A DNA stretch of 64,000 bases from Candidatus Spongiisociaceae bacterium (GTDB taxonomy: Bacteria > Actinomycetota > Acidimicrobiia > Spongiisociales > Spongiisociaceae). Position numbers and translations under genes: made by a program. This document shows positions 56,110-64,000 of this stretch, piece by piece. The notes under the pieces were generated by a model. It did no database searches, was not told the origin of the DNA, and saw only the letters and a list, made by a program, of their open reading frames with translations. The stretch lies in assembly GCA_965262915.1 (NCBI GenBank), contig OZ253564.1, positions 1,408,001 to 1,472,000 of the forward strand, given 5' to 3'. Each line of letters starts with the position of its first letter. The first letter of the stretch is position 1.

Positions 56110-56628
56110 TGCCACTGCGGTGTCCGCCGGCTTCTGGCATTCGTGTGCGCTTCGTACCAGCGGTTCGGTTGTCTGCTGGGGCCGTAACCCCGGTGGAGTT
56201 GCCGGTATCCGCAGTGGTGATCCTGCGGTCACTGTAACCAAGGGCAACCCCGACCCGAGTAAGCCAAAGAACAAGAAGCCCAATACGCTGCCGGACACGC
56301 ACCACCTGCCGGAATCTCAAAACCGTACTCCGCGGCTCCGCCCCCCGGCAGCTACACAGTCGCATGCTCCCACGACGGCTGGAACAACACACCCGCAGCA
56401 ACCTGGTGGACGTTCACCGCCACCGTCGGTACCGAACGATCAGACACCATCGGCAGGCAGTGTTTCATCAACTTCGCTTCGCTCACCGGCAACGGTGCCT
56501 ATGTCACCGTAACCCGATCCGGAACCTCCGCCGTGACTTCCAACTATCTCAAATAGCCTCCGGGCCGTAGACGGCAGGCTTTCTCGTCGGTCGAAGCCCC
56601 CCCGTACGAGGCGCTGGCGGTGGGTGGG

Positions 56629-56659
56629 TATTGCAGGTATGGGGGCATTATCTGCCGTC
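56629..56659. other. Recombinase core site D4 (one degenerate arm)
   Basis: TATTGCAGGTAT-GGGGGCA-TTATCTGCCGTC upstream of recombinase. Confidence 0.55.
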
Positions 56660-56809
56660 GCAGTGCTACCGACACCGCCCTCACCTGGGGTTCTCCAACG
56701 GCTGGGGATGCACGAAGCGGTCGGATTATCTGCGGTCGGCCCTATGCGGGGTCGCTCGGGGTGTCTTTTGCCATGCCTGTGGGGTGCACCGTGGGATACT
56801 CCGGAGGGT

Positions 56810-57730
56810 ATGACCCTGGTCCACTTCCCCCAGGCGCCCGCCGCCCATCCCTCCGCACATGTTCCGCCGGTCGGGGCGGCGGTAGAGGCCTTTTTTGTTC
56901 ACCGGGATCTGGCCCCGAACAGCCGCCGCGTCTACCGGGCCGCGCTCGATCCGCTAGTTGCGGCTGTCGGCGCCGACCAGCCCCTAGCAGCGCTCACTCC
57001 CGCAGCCGTGGCCCAGGTGTTCACCGATCGGTGGGGTGGTGCTGCGCCGGCGACGTGGAACACTCGGCGCGCCGCGGTGCGGGCGTTCGTGTCCTGGTAC
57101 GAGGAAAGATGGCCGCTCGGCGCGGATCCGCTCGCTTCGGTCGGTCCCCGCCGCCAGCACACCGACCACACCCGTGCGGTCCCTTACCGGGATCTTGACG
57201 AGTTGTGGCGCCGGCGGTCGGTGCCGCTTCGGGAGAAGACCTTGTGGAGGATGTTGTATGAGACCGCGGCTCGGGCGTCGGAGGTGTTGGCTCTCGACGT
57301 GGGGGACCTGGACCGGCCGCAGCGCCGGGCGCGGGTCGTTTCCAAAGGCGGCAACACTGACATGGTCTATTGGGCGTCGCCCACGGCACGGTTGGTCGCC
57401 CGTTACCTCGCGGGCCGGGGCGGCGGGCCGCTGTTCCTCACCACCGACCGCTCCCGCAACCCCACCCCCCGGCGTGACGTCTATGCCCCGACCGGCCAAG
57501 CCCGGCTCGCCTACCGCACCGCCGCCGCCCTGTTCGGCCGTCACTCCGGAGGGTGGACTCTGCACCAGCTGCGCCACTCGTCGCTGACACATTTGGCGGA
57601 GGGTGGCGCGTCGGCGGTGATGCTCCAAGCCAAGAGCCGCCACCGGGACCTGCGCACTCTCGGGGTTTACACCCGGCCCGGCCCCGAAGCCGTCGCCCGG
57701 CTCACCGACAACCAGTTCGACAGGGCCTGA
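56810..57730 (+). CDS. Tyrosine recombinase (family D, copy 2)
   Basis: Same catalytic motifs as 26914-27858. Confidence 0.92.
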   Translation: MTLVHFPQAPAAHPSAHVPPVGAAVEAFFVHRDLAPNSRRVYRAALDPLVAAVGADQPLAALTPAAVAQVFTDRWGGAAPATWNTRRAAVRAFVSWYEERWPLGADPLASVGPRRQHTDHTRAVPYRDLDELWRRRSVPLREKTLWRMLYETAARASEVLALDVGDLDRPQRRARVVSKGGNTDMVYWASPTARLVARYLAGRGGGPLFLTTDRSRNPTPRRDVYAPTGQARLAYRTAAALFGRHSGGWTLHQLRHSSLTHLAEGGASAVMLQAKSRHRDLRTLGVYTRPGPEAVARLTDNQFDRA

Positions 57731-57989
57731 CAGCAGCCGCAGCTCCGGGTTGGTAGAGCGGCGGACACGCTGGGGTGTAGCCCCCCGACTGGTGCTACCT
57801 TCTCCGGCCCTCGACGGGCGGCAGCGTGGGGCGGGGTCTGGGACGGACGACACTTAGCGGTCGACGATCTCGGGTGTGGAGTTTCCTAGCCCCAGCGTTG
57901 GGCATCTCTAGCCTCCGGGTTCTTAACCCGTCCCCGATCGGGATCCCTCAACCCACACCGAAACCCACAACATCCCATACCTGCCTGGT

Positions 57990-58020
57990 TATTGCAGGTA
58001 TGGGACGGATATGTGCGATA
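57990..58020. other. Recombinase core site D5
   Basis: TATTGCAGGTAT-GGGACGG-ATATGTGCGATA; spacer identical to D3. Confidence 0.8.
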
Positions 58021-58186
58021 CCGCATGTTCGGGCGGGCGGTCACGGTCGCTGGGACAGGGCTGGGTGTCGGGCGGTTGGGTTTCTGGTATCCTTAGCATC
58101 CCAACCCCATGGGAGCCCCCGGACCTCTGCAAGGTCGGGGGTTCTCCCATTTCTTGGGGTTGTAGAAGCTGGGCATTTACCGTGCC

Positions 58187-58474
58187 GTGTTGTTCGTTTC
58201 CCCCCACCTGTGGGTCCGGGTCCGGTGTGTCATCTGCCGTCTGTGGCGGGGGCGGTGGAGGCGTTCTTCGCTGGCCGTGACCTGGCTTCGGGGACTTGTC
58301 GCACTTACCGTCAGGCTCTCGGCCCCCTCGTCGAGGCGGTGGGTAGTGATCGTGCGGTCACTAGCTTGGACGCCGATCAGGTGGCTGCTGTGTTCGAGGA
58401 ACTATGGGCCGATCGTGCGGCGGCGACGTGGAACACCCGGCGGGTGGCGGTGCAGGCGTTCGCTTCGTGGTGTG
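58187..58474 (+). pseudogene. Family D recombinase N-terminal fragment cut by a Tn3 end
   Basis: PSVAGAVEAFFAGRDLA...ATWNTRRVAVQAFASWCG. Confidence 0.85.
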
Positions 58475-58860
58475 GGGGTTACCGTAGAAAATGGACAAAA
58501 CACAACGGTTCGGGTGCGTATCTGTGCATGGACTCGGCCATAGGTGTGGTCTCAGCGACCGGAACTCCCTGTGTCGGGTCATGAACATCGCCTAGGCGCT
58601 GAACTTCTGCACGTCGTTCCCTGCCGCCGACTCGCCCGCCTATCACCGCCATCCACCAACACATCAACTTCTACGGCAAATACGACTTCACCACCCCAAG
58701 GACAACTCCGACCCCTCAGAACCCCTAACACTCCCCCACCTTCCCGCTAATCACCCCACCAACACCAGACAGCAATCACAACCCCGCCCCCAAACCACCA
58801 CCCGCCGCATCAGTCGCCCAACGAAACCGTTGTCCTTTGTCCATTTTCTACGGTAACCCC
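58475..58860 (+). mobile_element. Tn3-family mini-element (IR family B)
   Basis: GGGGTTACCGTAGAAAATGGACAAA inverted repeats; HQHINFYGKYDF TnpA tail. Confidence 0.85.
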
Positions 58861-59168
58861 CACAGCGGCGAGTGCGGGCCGGTCGCCCAACGCCTCCACA
58901 CCGCCCGCCGAGCCGACGACCTCGACTACCGCCGCCGAGTCATCGACGCCAAACGGCTGCAGCCGTCGGCCACACCCCGGCTACTCCCGGCCATGCCCGG
59001 CCCCGACCGGGCGGAACCCGACCCCCGCATCGTCATGCTCCGGCGGATGATCGGCGGGATCGAAGACGGCACCATGGGCCGAGACACCGTGCTCGACCTG
59101 GTCGAGGCAACCGGCCTCGAAGCCACGCTCCGGTCGGTAGGCACCGCCCCGCCTCGCCGTCCCCCGAT

Positions 59169-59771
59169 TTAGTTCAGGGCATCGAGGAGGGCGTATATCT
59201 CGGTCAGGTTCGGCTCGAAACCTATCGCTTCGAGGAATCTGTCGAAAGCGGACGGGCTGGAGGGGACCAAGGACAGGTAATGGTTGACGGCGGTCAAGTC
59301 GATCGGGCCCAGCTGGTCACGGAGTCGCTGGCGCATATCGAGGCTCAGCACGAAAGTGGCGAAGTCGAGGTCGTCGAGCGTTCCCTTTGTGAACTCCCTC
59401 ATGAGGTCCGCAGAGGCTTCGTCCCCGCTGTTAGTAGCGAGCGAAACGGCGAGGAACGCGGCTTGGTCGGCGTTGTCGAATGCCCGGTCCATAGCTTCGT
59501 AGCTGGTGGCGAGGTCGAGGAGAGCTGCCGCATCGGCGTTGTTAAGAGCACGGCGGAGGTTGGCCGTAGCTGTTTGGACGGGTGACGCCGTGGTGGTTGT
59601 CCTGATGGGTGCAGTGGTGGTGCTGGCCTGGGTGGTGGTGGTGCTGGCGTCGAGCTCTGCGCTTTGTCTACCCCACCCGAACCCGAGGAGGAGCGCGACC
59701 ACGGCGGTTATGACCGCGATCAGGGTCGGGGTCGCAACCTTACGTTCAGACGAGTTGTCGGAGGTAGACAT
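59169..59771 (-). CDS. Membrane-anchored hypothetical protein
   Basis: TM helix, Thr-rich linker, helical domain. Confidence 0.7.
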   Translation of the reverse strand: MSTSDNSSERKVATPTLIAVITAVVALLLGFGWGRQSAELDASTTTTQASTTTAPIRTTTTASPVQTATANLRRALNNADAAALLDLATSYEAMDRAFDNADQAAFLAVSLATNSGDEASADLMREFTKGTLDDLDFATFVLSLDMRQRLRDQLGPIDLTAVNHYLSLVPSSPSAFDRFLEAIGFEPNLTEIYALLDALN

Positions 59772-60039
59772 TGGTCAACTTTAGGTCGTTCTTCTCTCCC
59801 GGTTCGTTCCTCACCTCGCTGCGCTCGGTTCCCTGGCGGCAGCCGTCCGGAGTGGCTAGCGGATCGTGGTGGAGACCTCCGCAAGGGGCGCTCTACCCGC
59901 CGCGTGGCCGACCGTCCGACAGTCCCCCCTTTGGGGGGTACCTGACCCGCTGCGCCAAGTGCCGCTGCTGCCAGCAGCGGACAGCCAAGTAACCGGGCGC
60001 TCTCTTGCAAGGGACGTCTTACACTTCAAGAGGCTTCAG

Positions 60040-60411
60040 ATGGGAGGCACTGGATTGGTCCGTCGAAAGCGAACGGTCTCTCGTCTGGTCCGCCGTCTGT
60101 TCCGGCTGCGGCGTCGCGGCGGCATCCCTGGGCACAGTGCCCGACCACCGGCAGAGGAACCCAGTTCCCCAGTCCCCAACTATCAACTGAAGAAGCTGGA
60201 GAAGCTAGGGCACCGGATGGGGCCCTTCGAACAACAGCGCACCGCCAACGCTCCTGAGCAGGATAGAAACTATCTGTCCAAGTGTCAGGACTGTGAGTCG
60301 CCAGCCATTTACACGGTTTGGGCACCCACGAACTGGACCGTGGGAGATGCGTTAAACGAGGGCATCAAGGGTCGTGCTTCCGAGTCGCCCTGCTCGGATA
60401 CCACCAGGTAA
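60040..60411 (+). CDS. Hypothetical protein with CxxC (start uncertain)
   Basis: GHRMGPF...KCQDCE; weak evidence only. Confidence 0.35.
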   Translation: MGGTGLVRRKRTVSRLVRRLFRLRRRGGIPGHSARPPAEEPSSPVPNYQLKKLEKLGHRMGPFEQQRTANAPEQDRNYLSKCQDCESPAIYTVWAPTNWTVGDALNEGIKGRASESPCSDTTR

Positions 60412-60516
60412 CAGGCCGGGACTCCGGTATCGCTGCTTCATCCTGACGCCGGTCACGGGACGGACCCGGCCTCGAGCTCTGAACCTCCAGCGGAGGGGTC
60501 CTCCGCTGCCCACAGC

Positions 60517-61002
60517 GGGGTTAGCGGAATATTTGGACGAGATGGTGCGGTTTCAGGGGTTCTTAGGGGTCGTAGTTGGCCTGGGGGTGGTGGGGTTGGG
60601 TTGGTGAAGTCGTATTTGCCGTAGAGGTTGATGTGTTCGTGGATGGCAGGAGAGAGAGTGTGCAAGGTGGTGCCTGGCGATCTTGGTTCCTGTTTCGGTG
60701 AGGTGTTGGATGGCGGCTTCGGTGTAGATGGTGTTCCAGGTGATGATGGCGTCTGAGCATGGTGTCCCAGTGGTCTTTGAACCTCTGGGGGTTGATGAGG
60801 AGTCTCAGCAATCCTTCTCCAAGCCAAACTCCGATACCACGACCCTCGCACCCTCGCCAGATACGCCAAACCAGGCATCGAAGCCGGGGCCGCCCTCACC
60901 GCCTAACACGACCCGGGTAAGTGATATCCCCACTAGCCAGACCCGGACTCCATACGAGGATCCTGAAATCGCACCATCTCGTCCAAATATTCCGTTAACC
61001 CC
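60517..61002 (-). mobile_element. Tn3-family mini-element (IR family C)
   Basis: GGGGTTAGCGGAATATTTGGACGAGATGGTGCG inverted repeats; HWDTMLR, AIITWNTIY, HEHINLYGKYDF TnpA fragments. Confidence 0.85.
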
Positions 61003-61440
61003 ATGCGGCATGGTCGAGTACTCAGGACGGAACCAAAAGGTTCACCGTCGCATGCTACGGCCCCGACCGCCGGGTCTTCCGGAAGTGGCTGATCGTCAAC
61101 CGTCGTGCCGATTTCACAAAGTTGCGACAGACCGGGCAAGTAGGGCGGAGACTGCCGTCCTTCGTCGTCGAGACCTGCCAGACGTGCAGACCGGCAAACT
61201 CCGCCACCGGCTTCCGCCGCCATTCAAACAACGAGGAATCGGCTGCGGCTCTGACATGAATCCCGACAGGTAGTGCACCAGCGAACGCAGGGTCCAGGAC
61301 GGCGTCTCTGGCGAAGCGAGACATCTTCAGTTGCGACTCGCGTTCTGGCAAAGGATCCGAGCCGGGAGGATGCTGGTTCGTGGAAGAGACCGACTCGGAC
61401 ATCCTCGTCGCCGCCCCATCCGCTTGTGAGAAGACCCCGC

Positions 61441-62706
61441 TCATCCCCTGAACCTCAATCCCAGAGTCTCCGCGATTGTGGTTCGCTGCACCTCAGCCGA
61501 GCCACCCGGAATCCGCAGATTTCGGGCGATTTGGAACAGCTTGTTGATGTCCGAGTTCTTCATGACGCCGCCGCCACCGTGGATCTGCACCGCTCTGTCG
61601 GCGACGCGATAGAATGCCTCGTCGTTCACGAGCTTCATCGTGCACACGTCCCGGATCTCCCCCTTAGGGCGCGGCATCTTCCACCATGGCCCGGGATTGT
61701 CCATCACCGACGTCACAGCGAGCGAGACGGACCGCGCCTGATGCCAGTCTGCGTACATGTCGGCGATCATCCACTGGATCCCCTGGTTCGCGCCGAGCGG
61801 CCGACCTCCGATGATGCGTTCCCGAGCCCTCGCAAGCGCCTTGTCGATGAGGTATCCGCCCCAGCCGGCACACATCCCGCCGCGGCGCATCCGGGTCCAG
61901 TTGATGGACGACATGGCGATGTCGAAGCCCTGGCCGCGTTCGCCGAGTATCGCTGACTCAGGGAGGGCCAGATCCTCGAAGATCAACTCGCCGGTGAAGC
62001 CATCGTCGAACATCGTCTGATAGAGGTCGCCCCGAGTGAACCCCTTACCCTCGTAGTCGGCTCCACGGAATTGGAAGTATGAGAAAGAGTGCCGGCCGCG
62101 CCCTGGGTCGGTCACGGCGAACACCTGGATGATGTCGGCGTGCTTCCAATTTGTAATGAACGCCTTGTGACCGTTGAGAACCCAGTCGGGGCCGCGCTTC
62201 ACCGCGTTCGTCTTGAAGTCGAACATGTTCGAGCCGGCACCAGGTTCGGTAACTGCGTGGCAACTGGTCATCTCCCCTCTGACCAGTGGATCGATGAACT
62301 CCTCGCGATCGTCGTCGGAGGCCCAGATGAGCCGCGGAGTGGCTCCCTCCGACCAGGACAAGAGCGCCGGGTTGAGGCCAACGCCATAGCCATACACCTT
62401 CTCCTCGATGTACACCATGTCGTTGCGCGTCCAGCCCTGGCCACCGATGCGCTCCGGAAGGTACCCCGCATATAGACCGCGGCGTGCCGACGCTTTCATG
62501 ATCTCGCGACGGGCCTCCCAGATCTCGGGGTGGAGCGTGCCGTCCTCGGAGAGGTACCTATCCCGGTCCGCGAGCCGATGCCGCAGAGCATCTTCTCGCG
62601 GCTTTACCTCCTCGTCATACAGCGCCTCGATCTGCAACAGCACGTCATCTAGGTTCTCGGGAGCCCGGGTGATGGGACGCTCTGGGCCTTTCACGTGATC
62701 CTCCAT
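61441..62706 (-). CDS. Acyl-CoA dehydrogenase family protein
   Basis: AVTEPGAGS, LNGHKAFIT, QGIQWMIAD, AVQIHGG, GGSAEVQR. Confidence 0.95.
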   Translation of the reverse strand: MEDHVKGPERPITRAPENLDDVLLQIEALYDEEVKPREDALRHRLADRDRYLSEDGTLHPEIWEARREIMKASARRGLYAGYLPERIGGQGWTRNDMVYIEEKVYGYGVGLNPALLSWSEGATPRLIWASDDDREEFIDPLVRGEMTSCHAVTEPGAGSNMFDFKTNAVKRGPDWVLNGHKAFITNWKHADIIQVFAVTDPGRGRHSFSYFQFRGADYEGKGFTRGDLYQTMFDDGFTGELIFEDLALPESAILGERGQGFDIAMSSINWTRMRRGGMCAGWGGYLIDKALARARERIIGGRPLGANQGIQWMIADMYADWHQARSVSLAVTSVMDNPGPWWKMPRPKGEIRDVCTMKLVNDEAFYRVADRAVQIHGGGGVMKNSDINKLFQIARNLRIPGGSAEVQRTTIAETLGLRFRG

Positions 62707-62709
62707 TGG

Positions 62710-63654
62710 TCAGACGGATTCGATGTTGCGGGGCGACACCACGGCATCGTGGAGGCGCTTGAACTGGTCGATGGCCTGCGCCGGGTCTCCGCCGTAGAGG
62801 AAGATCAGGTGGCGGACACCACTACGCTCGTACTCCGAGACGCGGGCTGCTACCTCGGCGGGGCTTCCGGCAAGGCACAGCTTCGATATCAGTTCGTGGG
62901 TGAACTCTCGGTGGTAACGCTGAGTGAGATGGCCGGCGAGGTCCCGTCTCGCTTCATCCCCGTCGTCGGCTAACCGGGTGGGAATCATAAGGGCGGCAGC
63001 GACACCGTCCGCGTCGCGTTGGGCGTCGCGGGCGTGTGTACGAACTCTGGCGATGCTGGTCTCGAAGCGATCAGGCGACACCATGTAGCCCATCCAGCCG
63101 TCGCCGAGCCTGCCCGCACGCCGCAGCGCCGCATCAGCCCTTCCCCCGACCCAGATCGGCGGTCCGCCCAGGCGGACCGGCATCGGGTTAATCCCCACGT
63201 CGTCGAATCGGGTGAACCGCCCGTTGAAGCTGGCCTCAGGATCCGTCCATAGTGCCCGCATCACCTCGATACCTTCGTCCGTTCGGACACCCCGCTCACT
63301 TCGAGGAATGCCAACGAGCTCGAAGTCCTTGGCGCTCTCGCCACCCACTCCGACACCACACACGACCCGCCCTCCGGTCAAATAATCAAGGGACGCCATC
63401 TGCTTGGCTACCAGTCCGGGCGGCCGGAGTGGGAGCAGAAGTACCCCCGTGCCGATTGTGATAGACGTGGTGTACGAGGCGAAAGCCGATAGGGCAATGC
63501 TCCCCTCAAGGATGGGGTTCCCGAAGGACAGGTGGTCGCCGCACCAAAGCGAATCGTACCTGAGATCCTCGGCACAGGCCGCTATGTCACGAAAGATGCC
63601 GGGATCGGGCAAAGCCTCGGGCATCTGCCCGCTGGCCATGACGCCGAACTGCAC
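62710..63654 (-). CDS. LLM-class flavin-dependent oxidoreductase
   Basis: DSLWCGDH, AKQMASLD, GVGVG, PPIWVGG, RAGRLGDGW. Confidence 0.93.
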   Translation of the reverse strand: MQFGVMASGQMPEALPDPGIFRDIAACAEDLRYDSLWCGDHLSFGNPILEGSIALSAFASYTTSITIGTGVLLLPLRPPGLVAKQMASLDYLTGGRVVCGVGVGGESAKDFELVGIPRSERGVRTDEGIEVMRALWTDPEASFNGRFTRFDDVGINPMPVRLGGPPIWVGGRADAALRRAGRLGDGWMGYMVSPDRFETSIARVRTHARDAQRDADGVAAALMIPTRLADDGDEARRDLAGHLTQRYHREFTHELISKLCLAGSPAEVAARVSEYERSGVRHLIFLYGGDPAQAIDQFKRLHDAVVSPRNIESV

Positions 63655-63661
63655 CGCTCGC

Positions 63662-64000
63662 TCAACCGAGGTCAGTCGGAAGAATGGCGATGAGCTCTTC
63701 GAGGTTCGACGCTGTGCCCAGCCCTTCCACGACGTCAGCGATCTCATGCCGACGCCCTGCTGAGTAGACGTGAGTCGTAAGCTCGTCGAATTTCGACCGC
63801 AGTTCCCGAGGAGACAGCGGGTTGTTCGGATCTCCTTTCGGATCATCGATCGATTCCCGGAACGTCCGGCCGTCGGTCGTCTTCACTTCGGCCCAGCCCG
63901 ACCACTGCTGCGGATAGATGCGATCCAGTTCGGTGTCCACCACGCAATGAGTGGCGTCCATGATCCGAAGCACCTCGGGGTCGCTGAACAAGGAGCCGTC
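63662..64000 (-). CDS. MmgE/PrpD family protein, C-terminal part
   Basis: EVKTTDG...PKGDPNNPLS...KF. Confidence 0.88.
   Translation of the reverse strand, partial: DGSLFSDPEVLRIMDATHCVVDTELDRIYPQQWSGWAEVKTTDGRTFRESIDDPKGDPNNPLSPRELRSKFDELTTHVYSAGRRHEIADVVEGLGTASNLEELIAILPTDLG

Noticed and set aside
53560-56298. Long alternative-frame ORFs over the RCC1 array (912, 728, 649 aa)
   Set aside because: Shadows of a stop-poor 111-bp GC-rich repeat; only the SLH-RCC1 frame has signal peptide and domain logic.
60900-61440. attR direct repeat of the tRNA-Leu 3' end
   Set aside because: No matching sequence found by eye; the right boundary remains approximate.

Overview
High-GC, probably actinobacterial (Acidimicrobiia-like; inferred from gene content) chromosomal window. 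Core genes mazG-eno-ftsB-DUF501 and tRNA-Leu(TAA) are followed by a P4-type integrase and a ~58 kb mosaic island (about 3.25-61 kb); metabolic genes (acyl-CoA dehydrogenase, LLM oxidoreductase, PrpD) resume at the right end. The island holds IS21, IS3 and IS30 elements, IS5/ISL3/IS256/IS110 and group II intron remnants, and Tn3-family mini-elements. It also encodes defence/TA candidates (split CapRel-like pair, GmrSD, HEPN-motif protein, an MTase-MORC/histidine kinase-receiver-MBL operon, several TA pairs) and repeat-rich surface proteins. The most unusual signals are non-coding: (i) five 12-7-12 bp tyrosine-recombinase core sites bracketing RCC1-repeat/surface-protein cargo next to their probable recombinases, (ii) three alternating XerCD dif-like sites, two forming a one-gene dif module, (iii) a nine-copy hairpin repeat family between small cargo genes, and (iv) a Tn4430/Tn5401-like resolution site whose motif recurs in the transposon ends. 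All calls are by eye from sequence and motifs; no database searches were run.
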